In this document: piece after piece, positions 36,508 through 46,141 of the stretch
Layout: every line of letters starts with the position of its first letter
Numbering within the stretch: the stretch's first letter is position 1
Origin: Octopus bimaculoides
Lineage: Eukaryota
DNA length: 46,141 nt
NCBI RefSeq assembly: GCF_001194135.2
Contig: NC_069001.1
Location: 4,717,600 to 4,763,740 of the forward strand
Direction: 5' to 3'
Position numbers and translations under genes: made by a program
The notes under the pieces: model-generated
Database searches by the model: none
Seen by the model: only the letters and a program-made list of their open reading frames with translations
Told to the model about the DNA's origin: nothing

Positions 36508-36957
36508 GCTGTCTGTCTGTCTAGCTGTCTGTCTGTCTCTCTGACGGTTCGATTTGACAATGTACCTTGATTATGTGATTTGCACTATGCAATTAATGAT
36601 CACTTTATGTTCATGAAATGTACGTAAGATACTGTAACTGAATACCTTGTAAACAAACTCTTAGGTTTTGTCTTGCTACCAACATATACCCGATGTAACC
36701 AGGGTTTTATAACAGAGTATAAAATTACAATACATGAAAGGGAATAGGCATTCAGTCCAACATACAGGTTATTTGTCTCGTAGTTTAAGGTTTCAAATGC
36801 ACTGGACAAATATAATATTATATGATATAATATAACTTACACACACACACACAGAATCACACGTACGCACACGCATACACGATCGCGCGCATACACACAT
36901 TTGTTCACATGTGTGTATATATGTGCTAATATCTGCATACATGCGTGTGTGTGTGTG

Positions 36958-37250
36958 TACGAGGGTAAGTCAAAATCAATATTCACGTTTGTTTTTTTCT
37001 GTGATTTATCAAATCAATAGTAGAGGTTCAACTATTACATGATTACCGTTTTCGACAAAGTCTTGTTTTTTCGATCGGCGAAAAAAGAGTTTTTCGGCTG
37101 ATCACGCCGAAGAACTTTGTAGCAAATTCGCGAAGAACTTCGATGTTTTGCAAACAACTTGCACATGCAAGTGCTACAAGTCGAAAGCTCCGCATACCGG
37201 AAGCCAGCAAGTGTAGGGAGTCATCAGGAGAGAATGCGCGCATTTTCGGG
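36958..37250 (-). mobile_element. Mariner 3' end: TIR plus decayed transposase C-terminus
   Basis: TA|CGAGGGTAAGTCAAAA mariner-type terminus at 36958. The minus strand gives NIEVLREFATKFFG...QDFVENGNHVI, resembling a mariner C-terminus. Confidence 0.55.
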
Positions 37251-37338
37251 ACCTACCTCTCGACAGCATCAATGCATACGCCCCCACTACTCTAATATGA
37301 GGCCCCGCTTGCTAGATCAACTGGTTATCAAATAAAGT

Positions 37339-37670
37339 TTAATATTCTTCTAGCCATCGCTCATCGTCTCTTTTTAACCAAATCCAGTGGCTAGCCTTTT
37401 CCATTGTAGTTTGGATATCGGTCATGGTGGTATTTACTTTAAGATGTGTTAGGCCTCGAGGAGGTTTGCATAACGGTCAACCTTTCTAACCTGAGCGGCG
37501 TCCATGTTATCTTCATGGGGAACTGTTAACTCAACTAGATTCACAACTTTCTGTTTTTCACACCTTATTAAAATGTCCATTTTTTTTCGTAATTAGGATG
37601 GGAAAGAGTCCCTGGGACCCTAGTAAACCTGCAGCCACCTTCCAATAGCTTTTCCACTTTTCATCGCTCA
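37339..37670 (-). pseudogene. C-terminal RLE domain of a HERO/NeSL-like non-LTR retrotransposon
   Basis: Frameshifted translation WKVAA...LFPILITKK...EKQKVVNLVELTVP/EDNMDAAQVRKVDRYANLLE...TMEKASHWIWLKRDDERWLEEY*; stop at 37339-37341. Confidence 0.75.
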
Positions 37671-37914
37671 CAGGAAGTTTCTCTTGTACTGAACCGTTAA
37701 ATTACGGGGACGTAAACACACTAACAGCGGTAGTGTGGGGGGTAAATACAGAAAGGAAGACACACACACACACACGCACACACACACACACACGCACACA
37801 CACACACACACACGCACGCACAAATACACTGCCCTCCCCTAACTATGCACGTGCCTTTGAATAAAAAAGGAAAACTTATCTTTGCCAGCTTAGTAGACTG
37901 GGGCATTGTGAAAA

Positions 37915-38222
37915 AAACTGGCTCTCCGTCGGTAACGACGACGAGGGTTCCAGTTGATCCAATATACTGAATAGCCTGCTCATGAAAATTAACATGCAAG
38001 TGGCTGAGTACTCCACAGACATATGTACCCTTAACGTAGTTATCAGGGGGATTCAGCATGATACAAAATGCAACAAGGCTGGTCTCTTTGAAATACAGGT
38101 ACAACTCTCATTTTTGCCAGTTGAGTGGACTGGAGCAAGGTGAAATAAAGTGTCTTGCTCAAGGAAACATCGCGCCGCTGGGCACCGATCTCGTGATTTT
38201 ACGATCGGGAGCCGAACGTGTA
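37915..38222 (-). mobile_element. CORE-like SINE, family 4
   Basis: Minus strand has a tRNA-like head followed by CCTTGAGCAAGACACTTTATTTCACCTTGCTCCAGTCCACTCA. Confidence 0.7.
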
Positions 38223-38651
38223 AAGAATAAGATTACAAGATGTCAACAGATGTCAACGTTTGTGATGGATGCTTGTGATGCTCACGGTTATTCAAGCGGG
38301 AACGACAAATTAAAAATGTCATCGAGACAATCCCCCTCACCTTGCTGCTGCTGTTGCTTTTGTTTCCATTTGCTGTTGTTGTTGTTGCAGTTGCTGCTGT
38401 AGCTGTTGTTATCGGCTTATCTTTCTCTTTGTTGTAAGGGGCCGTATAGAATGTCGTCTCCGATTTATCTTCCAATCTCTTATCTCGCTGATGGCGAAGC
38501 GATACCATGATACGCTCAATGTCATTTCGTTCGCTTTTGTCGTATCTGTTCTGTCGTGTGAATGTGTAATTGCGTGCGTGTATGTATTCGTGTATGCAAG
38601 TGTGTGTGTGTTTGTGTTTGCATATGTATATATTCATGTACATCTATACGC

Positions 38652-38683
<32 letters not shown>

Positions 38684-39495
38684 CTGTGTTTGTATGTGTA
38701 CATATATGTGTATATGTATATGTGTCCATGAGCGTCCAATAACACTATCCGTATCACGTCCTCACTTTGTTGTTTTTTTGTTATTGTTTTTTTTAACTAT
38801 NNNNNNNNNNNNNNNNNNNNNNNNNNNNNNNNNNNNNNNNNNNNNNNNNNNNNNNNNNNNNNNNNNNNNNNNNNNNNNNNNNNNNNNNNNNNNNNNNNNN
38901 NNNNNNNNNNNNNNNNNNNNNNNNNNNNNNNNNNNNNNNNNNNNNNNNNNNNNNNNNNNNNNNNNNNNNNNNNNNNNNNNNNNNNNNNNNNNNNNNNNNN
39001 NNNNNNNNNNNNNNNNNNNNNNNNNNNNNNNNNNNNNNNNNNNNNNNNNNNNNNNNNNNNNNNNNNNNNNNNNNNNNNNNNNNNNNNNNNNNNNNNNNNN
39101 NNNNNNNNNNNNNNNNNNNNNNNNNNNNNNNNNNNNNNNNNNNNNNNNNNNNNNNNNNNNNNNNNNNNNNNNNNNNNNNNNNNNNNNNNNNNNNNNNNNN
39201 NNNNNNNNNNNNNNNNNNNNNNNNNNNNNNNNNNNNNNNNNNNNNNNNNNNNNNNNNNNNNNNNNNNNNNNNNNNNNNNNNNNNNNNNNNNNNNNNNNNN
39301 NNNNNNNNNNNNNNNNNNNNNNNNNNNNNNNNNNNNNNNNNNNNNNNNNNNNNNNNNNNNNNNNNNNNNNNNNNNNNNNNNNNNNNNNNNNNNNNNNNNN
39401 NNNNNNNNNNNNNNNNNNNNNNNNNNNNNNNNNNNNNNNNNNNNNNNNNNNNNNNNNNNNNNNNNNNNNNNNNNNNNNNNNNNNNNNNNNNNNNN

Positions 39496-39532
<37 letters not shown>

Positions 39533-40899
39533 CGGACCGACAGGTATACAGACAGAGATATAGAGAGCTATAAAGCGTCCGTACTGCTGGTATTAACCAA
39601 GTAGTAAACAGCAGGTAACTAACTACTCTGGTTAGTAGCGTTTCCCGCCACTAAACTCCATCTAATGTGTGATGCTGACGTAAAAGTTGATATTAATAAA
39701 TAACGGAGATGAAGAAGAGGACAGCAGGTAGAAAGCTGGTCTAAATGTCACTGAACAATGAATTACTGTAGGTGCTGACCACCACCACTGATATATACTC
39801 ACTGTACGGGAATGGAATTGTAGTTTACACACACACATACACATTAGTGGTGGTGTTGGTGGTGGAATGGTTGCGGAATTGGTGGTATTGATGGCGTCGA
39901 TGATGGAGGTGGTGGCGATGGTGATGATTATTAAGGTGGTGGTGGTGGTGGTGGTGAAGGTGGCGGTGGTGGTAGTGGTGATGCTGGTGCTGATATTGGT
40001 TGTGGTGGCGGTGGTGATGATGATGGTAATGGTGATAGCAGTGGTGAAGGTGGTGNNNNNNNNNNNNNNNNNNNNNNNNNNNNNNNNNNNNNNNNNNNNN
40101 NNNNNNNNNNNNNNNNNNNNNNNNNNNNNNNNNNNNNNNNNNNNNNNNNNNNNNNNNNNNNNNNNNNNNNNNNNNNNNNNNNNNNNNNNNNNNNNNNNNN
40201 NNNNNNNNNNNNNNNNNNNNNNNNNNNNNNNNNNNNNNNNNNNNNNNNNNNNNNNNNNNNNNNNNNNNNNNNNNNNNNNNNNNNNNNNNNNNNNNNNNNN
40301 NNNNNNNNNNNNNNNNNNNNNNNNNNNNNNNNNNNNNNNNNNNNNNNNNNNNNNNNNNNNNNNNNNNNNNNNNNNNNNNNNNNNNNNNNNNNNNNNNNNN
40401 NNNNNNNNNNNNNNNNNNNNNNNNNNNNNNNNNNNNNNNNNNNNNNNNNNNNNNNNNNNNNNNNNNNNNNNNNNNNNNNNNNNNNNNNNNNNNNNNNNNN
40501 NNNNNNNNNNNNNNNNNNNNNNNNNNNNNNNNNNNNNNNNNNNNNNNNNNNNNNNNNNNNNNNNNNNNNNNNNNNNNNNNNNNNNNNNNNNNNNNNNNNN
40601 NNNNNNNNNNNNNNNNNNNNNNNNNNNNNNNNNNNNNNNNNNNNNNNNNNNNNNNNNNNNNNNNNNNNNNNNNNNNNNNNNNNNNNNNNNNNNNNNNNNN
40701 NNNNNNNNNNNNNNNNNNNNNNNNNNNNNNNNNNNNNNNNNNNNNNNNNNNNNNNNNNNNNNNNNNNNNNNNNNNNNNNNNNNNNNNNNNNNNNNNNNNN
40801 NNNNNNNNNNNNNNNNNNNNNNNNNNNNNNNNNNNNNNNNNNNNNNNNNNNNNNNNNNNNNNNNNNNNNNNNNNNNNNNNNNNNNNNNNNNTTTAGCTC

Positions 40900-41115
40900 C
40901 TTGTGGGCAATAAAGAAATAAGAAACGTTAGCACACCGGGCGAAAGCTGCATTTCGTCTATCTTTATGTTCTGAGTTCAAATTCCGCCGAGGTCGATTTT
41001 GCCTTTCATCCTTTCGGGGTCGATAAATTAAGTACCAGTTGCGTACTGGAGTCGATCTAATCGACTGGCCCCTCCCCCAAAATTTCGGGCCTTGTGTCTA
41101 GAGTAGAAAAGAATA
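40900..41115 (+). mobile_element. SINE family 2
   Basis: GAAACGTTAGCACACCGGGCGAAA...TTCTGAGTTCAAATTCCGCCGAGGTCGA...CCTTTCGGGGTCGATAAATTAAGTACCAG. Confidence 0.85.
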
Positions 41116-41451
41116 ATTAACAGATGAATTTGTTCGTTATCACGCTAATGAGACAGTGTTGAAGTAGGAGGCTTCCACAAAAACTACCCACCGCCGCCAC
41201 CACATGTAGCAGCAGCAACAGTACGACGACGACGACGACGACCAGCACCGCCGCCGCCACTACAACCATCATATAACCTTACATAAAACAAAGCTGATTC
41301 GTTAATCACAACATCTCACTGTGGTAAATCCTGTCTAATCACCTCCTACACTTCCTCAACTTCCCACTACTACTACTACTCACGCATCCACCAACAGAAA
41401 GGAGACAGAATGACTACAGGAGCGACTGTTAGCTCATAGCAAACGTATAGC

Positions 41452-41483
<32 letters not shown>

Positions 41484-41501
41484 GACGTATGTGCCTCTGT
41501 G

Positions 41502-41532
<31 letters not shown>

Positions 41533-41691
41533 TTGTTTTGCCAGATTTTTGATGTGAAATCGTGTGTTGAAACAGATGTTGTTGTACTTGGGGATGGTCA
41601 TATTGCCAGTTTAGCCAATAAAAACACACGCACTGTATATTTGGTGTTAATTTGCTTCAGCTTTATATTACATTAATCTTAATCTTATTTC

Positions 41692-41736
41692 GGCCAGAGT
41701 TCTTTCGTCACACTTCTGTGACCTCATCAGTGGTCC
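41692..41736 (-). ncRNA. Minimal type I hammerhead motif, left arm
   Basis: Minus strand: GGACCA CTGATGA G GTCACA GAAG TGTGAC GAA AG-AA-CT C TGGCC. Confidence 0.7.
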
Positions 41737-41818
41737 TTTGTTTCCTTCCTTCTTATGTGTGTCTCACCTTGCTAAATATTTAGCAAGGTGAGACACACAT
41801 AAGAAGGAAGGAAACAAA

Positions 41819-41863
41819 GGACCACTGATGAGGTCACAGATGTGTGACGAAAGAACTCTGGCC
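41819..41863 (+). ncRNA. Minimal type I hammerhead motif, right arm
   Basis: P1 GG-A-CCA/TGG-CC; core CTGATGA 41825-41831; extra G; P2 GTCACA-GATG-TGTGAC; GAA; 2-bp P3; triplet CTC 41856-41858. Confidence 0.7.
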
Positions 41864-42426
41864 GAAATAAGATTAAGATTAATGTAATATAAAGCTGAAG
41901 CAAATTAACACCAAATATACAGTGCGTGTGTTTTTATTGGCTAAACTGGCAATATGACCATCCCCAAGTACAACAACATATATATATATATATATTTTCA
42001 GTAAATTTTATTCAACAAAAAAATAACAACATGTAACAAAAACATCTTTAAATGATCATTCCGGAACATATACACCACCTACATTAATGTCTGCTTGGTG
42101 TTTTGGTTAAATTTCCGTTTAATTAAAACTTTTTATTGAATAAAGTTTATTGAAAAAAAAGCAGCAATAATTAAGCACCAAGCTAATACAAAAACGAAGT
42201 ATAGAGTTCTCTCCCTTGATGCTGACAAGCCTCGAAATACTTCTGAAGTAACTGGTGAGGTATGACAAAGTTCTCTCCCTTGAATGTGTGTGTACGAGTG
42301 AGTAGATTATTGAGAGTAGCCTCTCTTTAAACTATATTTTTTAACAGTTTTTGCTATTTCTGGGGAAAGTCATATTGTCTTAATGCCTTATTATCTAACA
42401 CACGCGCCGGTTCGATTTCTACTCAT

Positions 42427-42803
42427 TTATTGCCTCCGCCTTAGCGAAGGCGGAAGTTTGTTTTCAGTCGTGTTTATTTGTTTGTTTGTCCGTGGACAAG
42501 ATATCTCAAGAACCGCTGGATGGATTCGGATGAAACTTTCAGGGATGTTTGTCCTCGTGACTGGCACGAACTGATTAGATTTTGGGATCGATCCAGTACC
42601 AGACAAGGATTCTGGATTATTTTCCCTGTTTTTTTTTTAACTTAATTTTTGAGGGCGGTCACGTTCATATTTCGTATTCTCGTTTGTGAGAGCAGTCGAG
42701 TTTATTTCCGATATTCTCATTTAAAAAATCATCCTTGAGTAATCTTTGAGAGGACGTTTGTGTCCCCTTGGCGGAGATTTTCGCCCTCTGAGTGCTCATG
42801 TTA
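42427..42803 (+). mobile_element. Helentron-associated non-autonomous element (HINE/DINE-1-like)
   Basis: 5' CCTCCGCC subterminal repeat with nearby GGCGGA, a (GTTT)n microsatellite, core ATCTCAAGAACCGCTGGATGGATTCGGATGAAACTT, and 3' TTGGCGGAG followed by CGCCCTCTGAGTGC. Confidence 0.7.
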
Positions 42804-43002
42804 TTTATATTTTTCCTTCTAAAATTTTCGTTGCTTTTGCAACCTTGTCAATGGATGTTGGAAAAGCAACGAAAATCGGACCCGAAATATAACAATATTT
42901 TTCTTTGGCAAAAGTAAAAAAAAAGTAGGTTGCCTTAATTTTGGGTCAACCTGTAATATTATATCAGAAGTAAGTGTATATTATACAGAAAGTAACCATA
43001 TT

Positions 43003-43735
43003 AGGCTTTCGGGTTAAATTTGACAGTTTGCATAAAAGGTAAAGAACACGTAATATTCCCTCCAAAACACAAAGGTATTTTGAAAAATCAAAAAAATTCA
43101 ACTAGATTACTTCTGGGAGATAACAGTTTATTCAGCTTCTACCACAGTCTTAAAATGGCTCCTGAACCTGGCGCATGCGTTCCTCAATGTGTACCTTGGA
43201 AGATCTTCGAACACCTCCTTGATCTTGGCCACCAGCTCCACCTTGATGCTGCAAGCAGAGTGGTTGGTGTCTTTCTCAACTACGCTACAAACATAATTAT
43301 GCATGAGATTGCAATCAGAAGAAATAGGAGACTAGAAATTAGGGATGGCGAAGTCGTAGAAGTTCTCTGATAACCACTTCTGACGCTTTCGTCAGGTATG
43401 GCAAGAAACCGATTCCACGCTTCCACACATAAAACCTTCTTGTGTCAACCCACTCTAGCCAGAGTTTGACCACAGTGACCAGCAGCTTTACATAGCCGTC
43501 TGAATTGAACCTAAGGCCCTAATAATCAGCTACTGGATGAATTCTGGCGTACAGATGCAGTCAGAAAACCTGATGTGTCTCTTCCTGCTGGCCACGACTA
43601 CGTAGTCTCTGTTGTGGCTGTCAGTGTCACGTCTTCTAGCTTTTACGGTGTTCACAGAGAATTGATCAGCAGTCATGGTGTTGGCATTGTGATACCCGGC
43701 GCAACTCATCATCATACGTGTAACTCTTTTCCAAT
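43003..43735 (-). pseudogene. Internally deleted maT/DD37D-like Tc1/mariner transposase remnant
   Basis: N-terminal TVKARRRDTDS...RKRHIRFSDCICTPEFIQ joined to GLRFNSDGYVKLL...YVW/ESVSCHT*RKRQKWLSENFYDF..PNF*SP.SSDCNLMH...KEVFEDLP...ACARFRS. There are 37 residues between the decayed 2nd and 3rd catalytic positions (E...H). Confidence 0.8.
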
Positions 43736-44128
43736 ACTCAGATGGCTTCCATCAGCCCACCCTCTTGACCCACGGCAGCACTACCTCCTCCAGGCACTTG
43801 ATGTAGGCCTCCGTATTAAGTGTGAGGCTGTGTGGGTAGATGAATGGAGACATCACCATCATTAGTGATCACACCAAACACCATGATGTTGATTGATGTT
43901 TGATTTTTATCACTCTCGAAACATGTCCTTAGATTGCACTGACCTCAGATTGACACCCAAACACTCTGAAATATTCGTATTGGAGCTTCCAGCGCGAATG
44001 CGGTGCTATTTTTCTCAGACGGTGCCCAAGTGACCCTACTATACCGTGTAGTCGACAAAAATCAAAACCAAGCAATGCCCATGCATGAAATTAAAAATAT
44101 GAAATGGTAGCAATTTACCCACCCTGTA
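43736..44128 (-). mobile_element. Second maT-like copy: 5' TIR plus mid-transposase fragment
   Basis: TA|CAGGGTGGGTAAATTGC terminus at 44126-44128; translation NIMVFGVITNDGDV/..LTLNTEAYIKCLEEVVLPWVKRVG. Confidence 0.8.
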
Positions 44129-45177
44129 TATATGCATAGGTGTGTACACACACGCACACATATGTGTATGTGTGCGTTGTTAGTGTGTGTGTGAGCGTGT
44201 TTGTCTGTGTGTGTAAGTGTACTACGCTTATATGAGTGTGTTTAATATTCTGCCTCCTTATCTCATCCACATTCTGTTTTATTACGAAACTGCATTTTTA
44301 GTGAAGAAAAGTTCCATCTTTTATTTGTTTAAGCGAATCATTATTTCTTTCTTTTTCGTTTTCTTTCTTTTTCGTTTTCTTTCTTTTTCGTTTTCTTTCC
44401 GTCATATTTGTATATGTTTGTGCGTGTGTGCGCACGAGCGAGTCTGTCTGTGCGGTTAAGTTAGGTTAATGGTATAGCTCCATACGAAAATATATACAGA
44501 GAGCGGCGAAAAGACCTGCAATAATTTACACTGTGTCAAATATAGAATATGGGAGATGTTTTTTTGCAGCATCCAGTACTTGATTTTCTTCTCACAGTAG
44601 AATTGTTTTGTAGCTGACATTTCTACGTAAATTTATATTTTGATAAGAGACCCCAATTATTTTAACTGCTCACAAACATCCGTTTAACCAGGTTAGGGAA
44701 CACAAACAAGTGTGGAAGGGAAGAAAAACAAGGAAAATAAAATTATTTCAAAGATTTCGACTGGACCCTCTTTTTCTCTTTCCCTTTCTCAGTGCCTCAC
44801 TCTTCCACCGCCACCCTTCTCTCTCTCTCTCTTTCCGTTTGTCTAATTTTGTGATCCTCCCCATTTCTCCTTCTCTCTCGTTGCTTTATTTATCATGCGA
44901 AAAAAACAACAACACTGTCGGCTTGCTTGCTGTCTAAAAACCATAATAATTCAACACCAGATCAAGAGAATTTATTCTTACGTAAGTTCGTCGGACGAAC
45001 AAGGCTAACAGAGATATGTGAGAACCACAAACAGTGGAGCGAAATTCGGTCGATCACAGCCGAAATAGTAGCTGCCATAGAAATAATTTATGCGTAGAAG
45101 TTGAAATAAATTAAATGATACTAAACTGTATCATGTTTTTATTAATTCATTTTATTAATTCGTGTATTAATTCGCAC

Positions 45178-45465
45178 ACTGGGAGGATATCTCGGCAAAA
45201 GACCCCTCTGGAGACACACCATCAAAACGGGTTCAGCGGACTTCGAGAAAGCCCGAGTCGCAAGAGCTGAACTCTAGAGACGGGAGAGAAAGCAGCGCCT
45301 TCTCCTTCCCAAACCAACCCCTTCTATCCCTTGTCCACAATGTCCCCGTGTGTTTCATGCAACCCTTGGATTGCGGAGCTATCTGCAGTTCAAACACCCA
45401 GGAAAATGAACTGGATTGCAAGCTCAGAAACACGAGACGCAGCCAACAACAACAAACAACAACAA
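45178..45465 (+). mobile_element. 5'-truncated RTE-clade LINE 3' end with (CAA)n tail
   Basis: WEDISAKD/PLWRHTIKTGSADFEKARVARAEL*RRERKQRLLLPKPTPSIPCPQCPRVFHATLGLRSYLQFKHPGK* (stop 45407-45409), then an AAC-repeat tail. Confidence 0.85.
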
Positions 45466-45609
45466 TGTATAAATACAAATTTAGGGAATGGTGTAGGTAA
45501 AATCCAGCCTATATATGTTTCTTAGCTAGCAGAATCTCGGAAGTAGTAATTACTCAATGAGGGGTACTCCACTAGCTATTCATCAAGCCAAATGTGAGAG
45601 ATTTGTCAC

Positions 45610-45988
45610 GGCGATAGCTGCTCAGAGGCCAATGCAAAGTTGCAGAAAGTGTATGGATAGGAGTGTATGAGCCGTACACAAGTGTATGAGTGGTTCAGAC
45701 GTTTCCAAGATAGCCGAAAAAAAGTTGATATTGACGAACGTTCTGGGAGACCCGCAACCAGTGGAACTGAGAAGAACATTGCAGCTGTGAGGGGGAAATC
45801 GTCAAATAACCATATGTGAGTTATCAGAGGATGTGCAGTCTATTATCACTGAAGATTTGCGTATGAGATGCATGTCTGCCAAGTTTGTGCCAAAACTGCT
45901 TTCAGCTGAGCAAAAAGAAACTCGGGTTTCACTTGTACAAGATCTCCTTGATTGCGTCGAGAACGATAAAAACTTTTTGGAAACTCTG
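45610..45988 (+). pseudogene. Mariner transposase remnant (HTH and WVPHEL-like linker)
   Basis: SEANAKLQKVYG*ECMSRTQVYEWFRRFQDSRKKVDIDERSGRPATS...IITEDLRMRCMSAKFVPKLLSAEQKETRVSL. Confidence 0.85.
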
Positions 45989-46095
45989 TGTAGGCTTCTG
46001 AGGATATATCGCCAAGCTTTTGGCAAAAGTAGATGCAGATTCTCTGCTCAACTTTCTCTTTCATGGTCATTGCGACAATCACACGTTACACACGT
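45989..46095 (-). pseudogene. Mariner transposase extreme N-terminus, opposite strand
   Basis: MTMKEKVEQRICIYFCQKLGDISSEAYT, seen in the ORF track entry 45846..46082. Confidence 0.8.

Positions 46096-46141
<46 letters not shown>

Larger units (their letters stand above)
41576..41979. repeat. 404-bp spacer-less palindrome: two 202-bp arms, one mismatch
   Basis: Centre GCTAAAT|ATTTAGC between 41777 and 41778. Arms checked base by base; the only difference is GAAG vs GATG in the hammerhead P2 loop. Confidence 0.95.

Noticed and set aside
36600-36809. ORF containing VYVGSKTKPKSLFTR, a possible GIY-YIG fragment
   Set aside because: Motif spacing is off, and there is no first GIY motif or downstream conserved His/Glu; insufficient to claim a Penelope endonuclease.
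1385-41115. tRNA genes
   Set aside because: All A/B-box matches are SINE heads continuing into repeat bodies; I could not build a full cloverleaf.
42205-42290. CTGACAAGCCTCGAAA plus a 15-bp direct repeat AGTTCTCTCCCTTGA
   Set aside because: C3-A8 mismatch and no stable helix II; the repeat alone is uninformative.
43378-43400. CTGACGAAAGCGTCAG on the minus strand
   Set aside because: No helix II, and it lies in the transposase remnant reading frame.
43915-43930. CGAAACATGTC with a palindromic P3-like segment
   Set aside because: No upstream CUGANGA or P1; it lies inside the maT remnant.
1-46141. Long ORFs in the track (poly-YI, VC, HT, Ser/Gly/Val/Thr runs, X-filled ORFs)
   Set aside because: They are translations of microsatellites or read through N gaps; no recognisable domains.

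Overview
Eukaryotic, AT-rich, non-genic-looking DNA from a draft assembly; roughly one-fifth of the window is N gaps, mostly next to (TA)n runs. The SINE, MITE and microsatellite content looks like a coleoid cephalopod (Octopus-like) genome; this is inferred from repeat families I recognise, not from a search. I can support no intact protein-coding gene: the long ORFs are microsatellite or N-gap artefacts. The window is a mosaic of tRNA-derived SINEs, MITEs (mariner-, hAT-, piggyBac- and Helentron-like), decayed mariner and maT/DD37D transposases, and 3' remnants of RTE, CR1/L2-like, HERO-like and CRE-like non-LTR retrotransposons. The most notable signal is five type I hammerhead-ribozyme motifs from four sequence-unrelated short elements, all beside (TA)n tracts: a canonical one (19557-19630), a U3-A8 compensatory variant (33244-33292), an A6U variant (33408-33444), and an inverted pair inside a 404-bp near-perfect palindrome (41576-41979). 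They resemble the minimal hammerheads of Penelope-like elements and retrozymes, but no partner RT or GIY-YIG ORF is visible. Several long hairpins and an inverted SINE pair are candidate dsRNA sources. Most element boundaries are approximate; ribozyme, palindrome and TSD coordinates were counted base by base.
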